From contig CM102290.1 of assembly GCA_046563655.1 (NCBI GenBank), positions 5,704,001 to 5,768,000 of the forward strand: a stretch of 64,000 bases of DNA, in the 5' to 3' direction. The notes beneath the pieces are model-generated. The model was not told the origin of the DNA. It was given only the letters and a program-made list of their open reading frames with translations, and did no database searches. This DNA comes from Yuukianura sp. NJ FZ-2021. Lineage: Eukaryota. Positions 1-14,377 of this stretch are shown here, in pieces; the stretch's first letter is position 1; each line of letters begins with the position of its first letter. The position numbers and the translations under genes are program-made.

Positions 1-960
1 TAGAGTTTTTTAGAAAACTAAACGTGTTTAGTATGGAAAACTGAGGATGTACTCCGTATTTAAACAACAAACTGCCAATTGCAAATCAACTCTGAACATG
101 AACCAAATATTGGAAAACTGTTGGGGGACATCTTGAACGAGGTGTGAAAATCTAAATTAATCTTAAAACCTTGCTTTACCGTTTTTGCCTTGTGTGAAAA
201 AAAAGTTCTTAAGATTAAGCTCATGTTTTGATCAAGATCAAAATTTCGACATGTTTTTGAGAATTGATAATCAAAACTAACCGACAGAGATCCAATAGTT
301 ATACGAAATTATCGTAACTTCATCTAAAAATTACAACCGTGCTAATGAAAAATGTTTAAAATAAAACGAAAACTGAAAAAGTCAGGTCAAACGAGGAAGG
401 CAAACTCCAGCTCATACAACAAAACGATATTAGAATTAGTTTCTATTTTTAAATCTTAGTAACATAACTTATATTTTATTTTAAACATTTGCGCCATGGC
501 TTTTTCAGATGATATTTTTGATACGTTGGATAAAATTTAAATTCTAGCGACATGGAATACGGCAACACACACGAAGCCAACTACATAGTTTACAAAAATC
601 GCGCTTTTGTATTATATACTCTTATTAGTCATCCGTAAAATTTCGAAACTAAAAATTTGAAACCAGTTTCATAAAAAAAACCTTGTTGCATTTAAAACAT
701 TGATATGCTGGAAAATATAAGTTTTGACTGCAGCCCATGCGCCGGAATTAGGCAGAACAAACATTGACTATTAAAACTTTGGCATTGCACATGCCCTCAC
801 CCGCAGTCCCGGTTCGGATCGACCAATCAAGACTCTGAATGGTCGCTCTTTCAACGAATCAGGACTCTGATTGGTCGAATACCGACGACTTCTAAGTGTT
901 CCGACCACATTTCCAATCTGAATGACGACGAAGAGTAAAAATCTGGTGACCTTTGACCTT

Positions 961-3900
961 TTACATTCCTCCAGGTTTCGGTACGGTCGTGTCGTAAGTT
1001 CGAATCAGCTCCGACTGGGTCATGACCCCATGCTCCTCTTGAGAAAACGCATAGCCATCTACAACACAAAATCACAATTTAGTATTCATTTGTTCCAGAA
1101 TTTCAAAACTTTGTTTTCTAAACAAGTTGTTTTTCTAAAAAGTGATTTCTAACGATGTGAAAACATTTAATTGAAACAGATTCAAGGCGTGACTTCCAGA
1201 ACTCAAAAATGAGTTACATTTTTCCTGTTTTTGGAAAAGTTACATTTTCAAAAATTTGGTTTTTGAAGACTTACGGGACAATTCCACTTCCTGAGCGTGT
1301 TCGTCAACGTGCCGTCTAATAAATACGCTTCTTACATTTCGTAACAAACGTGCTGTTTCACTCAACCTGAGCGATTTTCATTGAAAAAAAAATCAAAATT
1401 CACATTTACACTTTCGGAATCAAAAAAAAATCTACACAGGGATGAATTTTGATGAAGTTCGAAATCCATTTCTAAAAATTCAGTTTAAAAAAAATCAAAA
1501 TCCTAAAATCAAGTTATAAGGACAAACGTTTTGATCGTAATTAAAAATAATAGGCTTGTGTCAGTTAGTACAAAAACTCGAAAAATGTTAGGGGATTAAA
1601 AATTGAAAAGCAAAGAGGTTAAATTTCAAATTGAAAGAAAATGTAGCTGGCAACCAAAAAATATAATATACGCGAGAAAATATGGAAAAAATATGAAACA
1701 ACAACGATCACACAACTGCACAAGCTTTCACAGGTTTGCTCAGTCGCAATTCAGCTTTAAAATTCAAACTTCCGGACAGCATCGGGCTGCCTTAAACACT
1801 TCTCGGTTTTTTTTGTGTGTGTTCCCAATAGAAATCCCTACTAATGTCACATACCACTGAAGGTCAAAGGTCATGAAAACATGCAAAAGTGGAAAAGCCA
1901 CTCTGAAGCTAAGAGGTCAAGACAGAAGTTTGGATGGCCGCTCAAAACTGTTTCAATGGAAACAACGTTTCAACATCAGCTAAACTACTAAATACATCCA
2001 CAAAAACTAAAGCTACAGAAGTTCATTGTCAACTTACATCGAACAAGTTGCCCAAGAACATGCATTGGTCTGAAACAAAGACAAAAGAGGTCAGAACAGG
2101 TCACGAAATGACCCAATTTCATCAACTCCTCAAAATTGGACGGTCTTTTCAGTCAAAATTTTACAAATCAAAAAAAAAGAAGAAGAAGAAATTCAAAACG
2201 TTCTAAATTCTGAGTGCGATAGGCTTGGATTTTTTGGAAACTACGAGGACGAAATGATGTGATTCACAGTGCAAATACTGCGGGACAGGTAAAACTTTTA
2301 GTCTAAAAAGTGACCTACATGACATTTAGCAAGCGGCATAAAAAGTGTTGCTTTTTCTAAAAAGTGCACTGAACTACACACACCGTGTGCGTTTGTACGT
2401 GTAGTACACCATGTACATTAGTAGAGCGTACAACATATAAGTATGTAACTTGTACACCGTGCAATCCAGCCCGATTGCATCAAAACCAAAAGAAAAGCAA
2501 ACTTAGCGTTACAAATCCTGGCAAATTAGAGATTACAGTTACAGTACTGCTCATGCGTTGTTACAAAAAGGCGGATTTGCTCCTAAGTTTGAAATTGGGT
2601 GTTAGTCAATACCTTAACAAGCATGCCGATACTGTTACAGGCGCTTCAACAACTGCAGCAGCAGCAGACCTAAAGGTTAAGATGCCAAAACTTACAAATT
2701 ACAAAATCATATTCTTCCTCCTTACTTCAAAATCAATTCAAATTGAAATCAAGCGCTTCTAAATCTCAAACGACTCAAAACGCTTCAGAAAAAGAAAACC
2801 ATGCCAAAACCTGTAAAAGGAAGGAAATGAAATGCAGTGTTTGCAGAAATGGGAAAAAGTGTGTTAATGGAAAGTGTAGCAGCAAGGTTCAAAGCGTGTT
2901 ACTTTAATTTTGAACCATGATGGAAGTATTTAGTAAAAGTAAGAGGACGGTGTGCGGTACGTGCATTGAGGGGTTTGGACATGCGCAGGACGTCAAGTTC
3001 TCGTTCAAACGATTTGGTGGACAGACTCGTGCAAAGTGGTGACTGCGGGCGACGATTTGATTTCATACGTTCGTCGTTTCCTCCGTCGCTTGTAGCATCC
3101 AGCACGACTTCGGAGACTAGAATGTGAATTGGCCGTTGCCGCTAAGGCAGACATTGGATGCGGCGTGCAACTTGGAGAAGCAGAAGGAAATTAATCACGA
3201 TCAAAATGTTACAGAAAAAAAATTAAAAAGTTGATTTGAAAATTATGGTTTCGAACTACACAAATAAAAGTCATCGAGATTTTCAATTTTTCAAATCTCC
3301 AACTCCAAGTTTGGATAATTTTTTTTAAGAAACCGAACCTGTGCTTTTCCTCTAGCAAAATAGCAGCAGGATCACCTCCGTGCGCCTCACAGTGGTGGAA
3401 TTTTTCAATCAAACCCGCATAGAACGTACTCCGTGTACTAAAAAAACAAGCAAAATATGTACAAAACACATGTAAAAAAAAAGTTTTCTTTTTAAAACTT
3501 TTTTTTAAAACTCCTTACGTTTTGAAGAGGATATCAGGCAGTAGAGCGGCACAGGTAATGAGAGGAAGTCCAAACCAGAAAACAGGGGAAGTAAAAACCA
3601 TATAGGCAATTCCACAAATCTCAGCACCAATTGGACCACCAGGGAATAGCTGGTAGACGTAACTGCCATAATCCAAGAAAACACATTATTTATATTTATA
3701 TTAATATATTATAATTATTATTTACACATATTTAATATGGCATTTCTTTAAAAAGTACCTGTACGCCGTAAGAAACAGAAACCACAGGGCAATTGACCCC
3801 CAGATTGACAAATGACTAAAAATTGTCCATGCAACAGTCTCAAGGCCCGACTTGAAGCTCACCACGACCACGACATACTGCAAGTATAAAATCCAACCTT

Positions 3901-6900
3901 CCAAATTTTTACGAAAACTATTTCATTACCCTATTTATCGGCGTATAACACGCGCGTGTTATCTGTTGTTTTTCGGTCGTAAGATGAAATACAAAAAAAA
4001 ATTCAGTCTATTTCTGATCTTCCTCAGTTCCAAACTCCAGAAATAGGCAAAATTCGGCTTATTTTAGAAATTGCAAATGATATTTCAGTGCGTATTATAC
4101 GCCAGTGCGCGTTATACGCCGATACCTTGGAATTGAGTAGTGGCATACCGTGTAAATAAAGTTGCCCAGGACCAAGTACCCCCCTTCCTTCCCATGTGGC
4201 CACACATCTCCATAGCCATAGATGGCCTTCGACCCCCAAAACAAAATCATGGAATGCAGAACGGCGTTTCCAACCCAGAAACCAAACGTCTTCAAAGAAA
4301 AGGAGTCGGAAGAGGCTCTGTACAGTATTGGATACTGCATTCTCACACTCATGCTGCAACTCTGCTCAAAGATCCCAATCACTATTGGTTGTGCACAAGT
4401 GAACAACTGAAATCAAAACAAAACTTCAATTAATCATGTCAAAGGTCAAAGGTCAACTGAACTTTCTCACCATGTTGTAGAGGCCGATGGTCCATCTTTC
4501 AAAAATAATTTGTCCTGACCAGCCAGAGTAAATTGCAAACCAGAGTTCAATAATGTAGAGACAAATGTTTTTGTAGAAACTGTAGAAAATCAGTTTGCAC
4601 ATTCGATCGTAGTTCCAAGCACCGTGGACCAGCAGCAGTTTCTTCAAGTAGCGAAACTGCGCAATGGCATAATCAGATGCACAAGCTGCCTGCAGACCCT
4701 CCACTCCTGAGATTCCTACGCCAACATGAGCTTTCTGGATCATCGCTACGTCATTGGCTCCATCCCCAATGGCAAGTGTGACTGCTCCTGTTTGAAGTGT
4801 CACGTACTCCACAATCTGAAATGACATTCCAAACTTTCAACGTTTCCTCAAATGTCAGAATCCAAATTTCAAATGCCAGAATCCAAATGTCAAAAATTTT
4901 ACCTCGGCCTTTTGAATGGGTGACGCCCGACAACAAATGACAGCACGACAACTTGTACATAGATTCAAAAAATCTCGACGTAACTCAGTACTCAGGGCAA
5001 ACTTGAGTGTCTTTCCATCCACAATCACCGCTGCATCATTCTCCTTGTTCAAATTCTGCCCATTGTCTCTGCCCAACTCACTGATGTAACCATTGATACA
5101 GTCTCGCGTTGCCTAGAAACACAAAAGTAAAACTTTTCATCTTCTCAATATCAAAGTAAACTTCAAATTTTGTGAAGAATTTAAAAATTGTGGTAAATTC
5201 AAAGTAGCCTCACGTCCAACGTTTCTTCGTTGACGATGAGAAGTTCCATGGACTGAGTAAGCAGACGACAGGAGTAGCCGATATTAATTGCAGTCTCTTG
5301 CTTGTCTCCCGTCAGAACCCAGATACTGATGCCAGCTTTGATCAGAGCAGCAATTGTTTCTGGAACCTAATTAATCGTCTTCCTTAATTAATTAACTTAT
5401 TCTAATTAATTTTCTTATTTTACTTAAATTATTAGCAATTGATGTTACCTCATCTTGCAGCTTGTCTTCAATCGCCGTTGCTCCGAGGAGATGCAAATTT
5501 ATTTCAATCAAGTTGGAAGCTTCTTCAACCTTAAGCTCTCGATTCTGAATGGCAGTGGATGCTTTTTGGTACGTTTGTCGCCAATCCTAAAAATAAAAAC
5601 CACAATTTTTTTCCACAAAACACAAAGCAACTGAAACCAATGTTGGAGTAGTTGTTACTTGATAGGCCTTTGGAGAAATATCTGCCACTGCACAGCAAAG
5701 TGTTCGAAGTCCTTGAGTCGCAAACTCTTCTAGATGCGCCTGAGTGACGGATTTCATTTCCGTAGAATTCAGTGGTGAATTGGACAGTCTGTCGTAGATC
5801 ATCGAATCAGCTCCCTACCAACACAAAATTCAAAATCATTTTCCCACTTTTTCAAAAATTTTGTTCAAAATGTCAGTCTAACCTTGCAGTAAAGTTTGAT
5901 TTTGCCTTCCGGGGTTTTGACAATGACTGACATCCGTTTCCTGGTGGACGTGAACTCAAGGACGTTGAGGACTTCGAATGTTTGCTGCGTGTCACCGGCC
6001 TTGATGACGACATGATTGGGTGTCCTGGTTTCAAAGACATAGCCTAATCGATTGGCCCCATAAACAAGTGCTCTCTCATCCGGTGAAGCGGCATGGTAGA
6101 TGAGTCCAGTATCAGCATATTCTGGAATCACAGTGTGACATACGGACAGGAGCGTCAGGAATTCACGAATATCCTCAGCCGACTTGTGTTCACTTTTCAA
6201 GTTGTCCAGCAGAGGGCAGCTATTCCCAAATAAATCTTCTGGACGATACAGCACACCGCCAACTGAACACCCTTTGAACTCCATGATATTTCTCGTCAGT
6301 GTTCCCGTTTTGTCAGAAAAGATGTAGCGAACCTAATTTCAAAAATTACGACAAAAAAAGTTCAATTCAACATTTTGAAAAATCCAAACAGTTGTTGAAA
6401 ATGTTAACTCACTTGGCCCAACTCTTCGTTGAGATTTGAAGTTCTGGCCATGGCTGGTGTGTTTGACTCTGCGTGGTACATGTCGAGATCATAGTTGATA
6501 AACATTGTCTACAAAACGACCCAAACCAAATCAGGACAACTTCAAATTAGCACAATTTAGTAATTCCTCTCACTTGTACAAATCGAACAACTTCTAGTGT
6601 GACTGTGAGCGAAATTGGAATTAAGTTGTTGTACAAAATACCAAACGTCAACACATTGTACAGGAACACTTTCACCCCAAATTCTAAAAAAAAAAAAAAC
6701 GCACAATCATCAATTATTCCAAACTTTTAGAAAACATTTTGTTAACTTTTAAAAAATCGTGTTTTGAACTTACCCGGTTTTTCTAGATACCATCGATCCA
6801 TACTGCTTTCGAAGAGGTAGCTACAAATGGCAGAGAAGACGGAGATGGTGATGAGGAGAACAAAGAGAATGAGGATTTGCGTATTTGTGAGTTTGTCCAC

Positions 6901-8598
6901 CGTAGAACGTTTGAGCGGAGCAGCAGTAGAGTTTTTCAACAGTTTCGTCTCATGTCCAGCATAAACAACTTGACCAAAGATCCAAGTCGTATTTTGCAAT
7001 TTAGCACCGCGGAGGAGCACTTGATCAGGACCAAGAGCCAAGTCCCTGTTTTCAAAAACATCAATTAACTTCCAACTTCTTAACATTTTTCACTTTTATG
7101 AATTGAACATACTCATTCTGGCCGAGACGCAACCTGCCCGCAAATTCATACAAGTGACGATTCGGTAGTTCACACTCCAGTTCTCCCGAGAGACTGGCCA
7201 AGTCCCTCGTCTCAAGCAGACCAGACGTCGCAAAGAGACCTTGACGCACTTTGAGATTAGTTTCGCCATCCAGGTTGGAAGTTTCTATGTAGCACAGCCC
7301 TTGAGGCTCACTGAAACACATCATTACATTTACATCATTGCATTAACATAATTACATTAACATCATTACATTAACGTAACCTAGCTTATTTAATGTTTCA
7401 TGTCTAACCTTGAGGAGTAGAGAATGAGATCAGCCGGGAAGAATGAATCATTGTGCACTTTGACAAAATCTCCAACAACGACATCTTTCCAGCAAATGTT
7501 TTCCCACGTTTCATTTCTCAGCACTTCCACCCTCCTGTTGTTCGTCTCTTGATCAGCTCGGTGTCTTTTCTACAAACAAAAGTCAAAGGTCAAAGGTCAC
7601 TCCATTCTCAATCACAACTTGACTCATTTTCCTTACATAGTCTTCTATAATTTCCTTAACTGCTGACACTGATAAAATAAATACGAGAGGTACAAGTGTA
7701 GTAAAGCGTCCAGTTGGAGACACGTCCGGGATTTGCTACAAATCAACCAAAAAGTCATTTTTACTTTTAAAATTTCCACTTTAAACTTTGAATTTTAAGT
7801 GATTTACCTGGAGTAGAACAATTATGAGGAAAAATATATTTGAGTAGCGTCTAAACTGTTCAAAGAGAAAGGCGGGCAGGAAGGAGACGAAGGAGTACTT
7901 GGCAGTTGAAATTCGGTTCCCTCCGAACTTTTCAATTTGTGGACTGTTGATGTAGATTAGGCGTGTTTTCTCCCGCCCTGGGGCATGACTAGCTCGACTC
8001 GCACGACGCAGACGTGCCATGGACGAACTGATTCCTCCAGCCACACGACCTTGACCTCTCCCGTCCTCTGCATCTTCCGCCATCACTGGAGAATTCCCAC
8101 CACCATCCGCATCTGTACAAAAATCAAACAATTTAGTGACCTCGTGACCTCTATTTCAAGTAATCGATAGTCACTTTGCAACAACTCATAAATTATTCCC
8201 TCTGCATCAATACTCACATGATCGATTCCTCTACATGCGTCACACTCATTACCAAACCCAAAAAACTAAAAACTAAAGACCTCAGCAACACAAAAGTTGT
8301 AAACAAAATTTAAAAATTTCAAAACGCCCTTGCCTAAGCAATGCTGCTCAAAGTGAAACTAAATCTTCCCATACAACCAAAAACCAAATTTGCAAAAAAA
8401 AAAAAATACCACAACAAAGTTATGCCTATACGTCACTCTTTTACAAATTAAGTTCTATCTTTAAAATTTTAAATCTTAAAAATTTAAAAATTTAGTTGTG
8501 TTTGAACCTCTTCTTCTTCCAGGTCCGCTTCCAAGGAGTGACATAAAGTACTCCGAACTCCGACGTTGAAACCGATTCAAAAACACTCTGAAATCCAT
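961..8598 (-). CDS. ATP8A: P4-type phospholipid-transporting ATPase (flippase), ATP8A1/2-like, multi-exon
   Basis: Hand-spliced GT-AG exons give [94 protein letters not shown] and C-terminal [20 protein letters not shown] (last exons 1366-1275 and 1058-961). First coding exon 8598-8508 is inferred from a phase-1 fit to the exon at 8112 and is less certain. Confidence 0.95.
3929..4130. mobile_element. pogo/Tigger-like MITE in an ATP8A intron
   Basis: Imperfect terminal inverted repeats (ccctatttatcggcgtataac...gttatacgccgatacc) after a TA; a related end occurs at 20457-20516. Confidence 0.55.
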
Positions 8599-11500
8599 TT
8601 CAAAATGTCACTTTTTATCCTCCTTACGCAACGTTAATATTTCACAACTTTAGAAAGTTTCATTTTCATTTCAAAATTCCTAGGATTGGACCATTTTTGG
8701 TCCGAAGGTCACCGGGGGTCAAATTACACTTTAAAAGCTGTCCAGCTCAAAAGTGGTTGTGTCCAGAACAAATACTGGAACCAGATCCACTTTTCCGCTT
8801 CCACAAACCAACTTCCTTTCTTGTCCATATGGAATCTCACAGTCCGGCGCCCAACAAACCATTTGACGAAACAGTTTTTTCATAACAAAAATCAATAGAC
8901 TAAGACTTTCACCCAAGTCTTCCCTCACTTTTCCAAAAAACCTCACTTTCTCCCCAAACTTACTTCGTCACTTTGAATTTCATCAATCATTTAACTTTGA
9001 CCTCGTCCAGTTCCAACTGTTCTTGTGGTCACTTCCGATTCAAACCCAAACTGATTCCTTACATTTTACATTTTTGGTAAAAGAATCATAACGAGCTAAC
9101 CAAAGTATCCTCTGCCCATTGACCAGAAAACCACATGCTCATTCCCCACAACCTAGACAACAAAAACACGCAAACTTTTACTTGGAAAAAATGTAACAAA
9201 AGAATTTCTAGAAGTTTAGCAGCAGGAAATTGCTAAAACGAAACTTATTTTCTAGTAACAAAAAAAAAATAAAAATAAAGCGGAAACGCATTGTTACCTT
9301 GTCCATAAATCATACTAATTTTATACTAAACATTACGGCACTAGTGCATAGTAACAGTTCTAGTTCTAGCTCTCGGAAATACCTAAAAATTTCATCTTGA
9401 TTTGATACCGTTCTCAGGAATACCTAAAATTTCCTGTAGATGCGATACCGCTATCAGAGATACCTAAAATTTCTAAATTTTTTGATACAACTGGCTTTTC
9501 TTTTGTCAGTTTTTGTAATGTTTCGTGTAATGTGGAAATCTACACTCACTTTTTCCCATAGTCTTTGACCTTCTAAAAATTGTCATAAACCTTGAGAATT
9601 TCCCTAAAATGAGCCATTTGCAAACTTGAAAGGAGGCACTTAGGGCGCTCTCCTCTGCATAAAATAATTGTGAATCCTATAAAACTAACTTGTGTCTCCT
9701 CAAATTAACCCAACAAGTCTTTTTCCTACTAAAAACCAACCTGTTTTTCATTAGAAGTTGTTAGACGTAAGTCCATAACTAATTCAACAGGAACCGACAA
9801 AATTCAATTCTCCGAAAAAACATCCAATTGAACTACTGGGAAACTAATAAGGAGAAACCACAAATTAAACTGTCCAATAATTACATACTTTCACTTTACT
9901 TTCTCCATCAACAACCCTAGCACACCCAAAGTGCAAAGTTCAAGGTCAAGTGTCAAATTAACACTTTGACAACTAAACACTTTGTACAACCACAATTACT
10001 AGCACCAATAATAAACTTTAGTATCCAAAATACACAAACATTTCCAAATTTAACTTACACTTCTTAGAATAGTACGTTTGAACAAAGTCAAAACTGAGAC
10101 AACGAAGGTTAACTTGAAGTAGGTTAATTAACAAGGTTAAGGTAAAAGCAATTAAGATTTAATCTTCTCCTGAATCGAAGGAACCTGCTCTTCATCGATT
10201 AAGAAGCACAGTTCACTCATATTTTATTCAACGTGTCCTTATCTTTCTCAATAACCTAACCTTGTTTTAGCCTAACTTTTAGGCTAACCTAATATGTTTT
10301 GATGAGGTTGCATGTTAAGTCACTTTTCCAGTGTATACGGGTGACGATGCACGAGGGAAGTTGAGTGAATTAAAAAGGTTTTGAAAGAGGAATGATGAAT
10401 TTGACATTTAATAATTCAATGTACCGACGAAACAGTTCGTCAGTTTCGGTTCCAGTGTCGGTAAAGGGTAAATGGAAAGGCTATGCATAATGGTCCTAAA
10501 TGTCATGAAAAGTGGAGCAAATGATGTGGATGGACGCCCAGACTACTCCACTCCCCATTTCAACCAAACGATCCGCAACATTTACCACGCCATTCAAAAT
10601 TTACAACATTTTCAGAACATGATTCAAAATTTAGAACATGGTTCAAAAGTTAGAAGATTTTTAGAACGATGATTCAAAATTTAAAAGATTCTTAGCAAAA
10701 ATATTCTCAGCTCTCCTGGAAAAACAAAACCCTGAAAAAATTGAATTGGTTTTGCCGAAGATGAAAGTGGAAAATTCGTAAATCAATTTTTTGAAAAATG
10801 GTATTTGAACACTGTAATTTTGAACAAGGGTGGAACGATGAATGGAAAATCGATGTAACTATAAGAAATGAAAATGCGGGTAGTAATCCCATTTTCTAAT
10901 TATCTAATTATCTTCACCAAATATCTTTTCGGTTTCGTATGTGTTGCTGAATCCGGGATTCCTGACACGCCCATTCCCAACTATTTAGTAACGCTTCTCT
11001 CAAATCGCTGCTGCCATGACGCCCATAAAGGCCAATGCGAGGCAGTGGCTTTGAGGTTCCATGGAATAAAAGGATGAGCCGATACTTAATCAACCACATT
11101 CTCCCCAGTCTCGTATTATCACAATTAAAAAAAAACTTTTGTTTGAACGCGTGTTTTAAACGAAAGGCAAAGCAAACTAATCAATTAATCATTAACTGTT
11201 AAGTTCCCAGTTAGAATTAGAAATTTTGAGTAGAAAGATCGAGCCGACTAGCATGCCGACATCGACATGGCCGTGGAGTAGCAAATCCAATTTTAAATTT
11301 TGAAACCTTTAGAATTTCGTTGTTTTTTAAATTTTGAATCTTTAGAAAAATGTAAATTGGAAATGGCATAGTAAGCTTACGATTTCCGTCCCCCAGATCA
11401 ACCTGCGTGTCTGTGGAGCCTGACAGACGAGTATTGTCCATTGGAATGCTTTCAGCTTGTGTCCCTTGGCCACCTTTGGATATGTCCATTTTGGGCCAGT

Positions 11501-13403
11501 GGACTACTTTATGACAAAGGTTGGGTGATCCATGACGATACAAAGCTAACTATGGACACCAACACTACACTGAAGGGAGACAAACAAGACAATAGAGCAC
11601 AGTTGACATTGAAAATACAGCGTGGTCCAGAATATTGTGTGATGGAATTAAGTCATGCTGGGATTTAAACGAAGTCATGCTGTGACTTAACCGTCCCTCA
11701 TGCTACTTAAGCTGGAGTAGTTCCAATTGAAATGATTGTCCACATTACTGTTTCCAGAGTATCCAAGAGGAAATCCGGGTCAGAACGACTGACTAGGCCA
11801 GTGGCTCTGGAAGTTATGAGAATGTGAATTTAGAGTTACATGATGGAACTGTGTGATTACTGTAAATTGGAATGCTAGAAATGGAATTATGACGATGTTC
11901 GTGTGAATTTTAGTCACAGGACTAGCACCACCTTCTCCATGGAATGACCGTGACTCACTAACTTCCCTCTTCACTCTACCTATCTCTTAAGTATATGGAG
12001 AAGGAATGTGAGAACACGAAGGTAAACATGGGTGTCGGTGTCATCCATGTTGGGACACATTCAAGAGTGGGACAAAGTGACGACATCCAATGGCCCTGTC
12101 TTTCCCAACTTTTCGTTTCCCTCCTTCCCTTCCGGTTCCGGGCAAACACTTTCGCTATGGCACTGTCTTCCTTTGTATGTCAATTGTCATGTCACTTGAG
12201 CAAAAACTAATGACCTATGACTTAACTACGTTGACAAAACGTTTTTCCATACCTGGAAAAGGAGTTGAGAATGAGGTCAAGGTCACCGACGGCTTCTTCC
12301 TCACCGAGACTGGACCAAAATGTCGTCACTGGAAAGAATAAGGCAGAGTTCCCTCTTTTGTTTACAGGATCTCCGTTCCGGACGGATGAGGAACATGAAC
12401 CGAAAGGTGGCCACTGGACATGAACATGACGTTAGTGTTGTGACTTAAGAGTGGGAAAGTAATTAAAAGTGGCGATTACTTAATTAAAACCTAATTCCAA
12501 AATTTAGTTTTTAGTGACAACAAAAATAGAAATTTCACTTTTTCTAAAAGTCGGTAACTGTAAAAGTCCTCTGCTCTTCCACCACTGTCACCCATTCTAC
12601 ATAAATGGGCAACTCTAAAACTGATTTTAATTATTAAATTAAGTAAGACTGATTCTAATTTTTAACTTAATTAAACCTAATCATAATCAACATTTAACAT
12701 TAAATTCTACTTTACTAACTTATATTTTGGCAAAGGCTGACTTTAGCATAGTATAATAAAATGAAGTGAAATCACTAGTAATCATTTTGTATCGGTGTAT
12801 ATCTAAAGCAACTATTATGAAAACTCATTATACAGTAGTGTGACATTTAACTTTAAACCAGTTTTGACGTAATTAATTACTGTTATTATTAATCATAAAT
12901 TATTAAGCAATTAGTTAATTTTTAACTACTTGTTCGTTCAGTAGTTTCACATTTGCCATTAAACCATTTAAATAACTCGTTTTCTTTATAACCGTTGCCC
13001 GTCTCAGATTTTGGCGGGAACAAAAAAAGGAAAGTGGGGTTTGTCAAAAAGTTACTTGCAATTATTGTTGTCCCCCACTCAACTTGTGTTGGGCAACAAA
13101 ATTAACTACCTAGATTTAATTTTTAAAAATTGCTCCCACTCGAGTGAAGGTCAAAGGTCACCCCTTTAATTAATTTCATTTTCATTACAAGAACACAAAA
13201 TCTGACTTGAACTGTAACACACAGAAAAACAGAAAAAGTAGACACATAAATTATTAGGTTAAGTTTAAAACACGTTTAAAAAAAGTTTGTTAATGTTGTT
13301 AACGGTCTTAAGCAGGCGATGCTATAGTTAAGGTCAAATGTGCTTATGTGTGACATTGGAGTTTGGTCCAACGTCAATTTCAAAGTCAAGGTCAAAGGTC
13401 ACT

Positions 13404-14377
13404 TCAGTAGTCTCTGTCTGAGTGTCCACGGTTGAACAGAGTAGCCACTGGACGGTGGATATCTCCCTTCAGCATCTGAAACAAAACAATTTTTATCTAA
13501 AAAAAATTAAATTTTTTGTTAAACTTTTAAGCACATTTTGAAAAATTGAAAACTGACTCTATAGTGTGAGACGGCACAAAAGAAGCCATAGCCCCAGAAC
13601 AGACACCAAATGATGACGACGATCGCTGGAACAAGGACGGAAGGCACTGGCCCACTCACAAGTCCAAAAATTAACTAAAAATAATTTTGAAAAAGTTGTC
13701 TCTGAAAACTCATTTTCAAAAAAATCAAGATCCAGATTTTGTAAATTACTTGAATGATGAAACTAATTAGGAAGAAGGGGATGATCATTGAGGAAGCAGA
13801 GATCCATGGAATCATGTTGTTGTAGTCTTCCTGTTAGGTAAAAAGGCTAAGTCAGTTAAAGCTAAATTAGTTAAATTAAGTTAGTTAATGTTAGGTTTTG
13901 AATAGTTTAAGTAAAACTTGCCCTGGAGACGCCGAGTATGAGGAAGATGCAGAGAATAATATAAATTACGGCAACAATTAAACTGAAAATATTCCCCCAC
14001 CAAACCACTGCAATTCAAAATCAACTAAATTAATTAACCAATTTAATTACAGTTAGGTTAATTATAATTAATTTAATTTTTACCTTTCAGTATTGTGTTG
14101 ATTGAATCTTCAGAAAATACTCCAACCTGATTGTAAGATTCTCTCACAGCTTCAGAGAATTTGTCCCAGTAAATTAAACCCAGCAGAATCAACACGAATG
14201 TCACCACGCACGCTGCCTGAATTCAAAAATTTTTAAATTTCAGTTTCCAATTTCAACTTTTCAATTTTTAATTTTTTTTTTTTTGGGTTTTACAATTGAA
14301 GCTACGGCAGTAAGAACAGTTCCTTTTCCAGTGTCCAGGCAGAGACAACACTTTCTCATGCGACAACAAGGAGCCAT
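13404..14377 (-). CDS. Small four-TM membrane protein (LAPTM/DUF4728-like), 6 exons, ~190 aa
   Basis: Exons splice in frame: MAPCCRMRKCCLCLDTGKGTVLTAVASI / AACVVTFVLILLGLIYW.. / ..IYIILCIFLILGVSR / EDYNNMIPWI.. / ..WGYGFFCAVSHYR / ..RDY*. Cys-rich N-terminus, four hydrophobic segments, PW motif. One GC-AG intron (donor at 13921). Confidence 0.8.

Noticed and set aside
8963..9306. Alternative ATP8A first coding exons (MDK|gt; MIDEIQSDE|gt)
   Set aside because: Both end in phase 0, whereas the exon at 8112 needs phase 1; they could be UTR exons only.
10400..12430. Possible gene in a GC-richer stretch upstream of ATP8A
   Set aside because: The splice combinations I tried hit stops and gave no recognisable protein; UTR, lncRNA or decayed TE not excluded.
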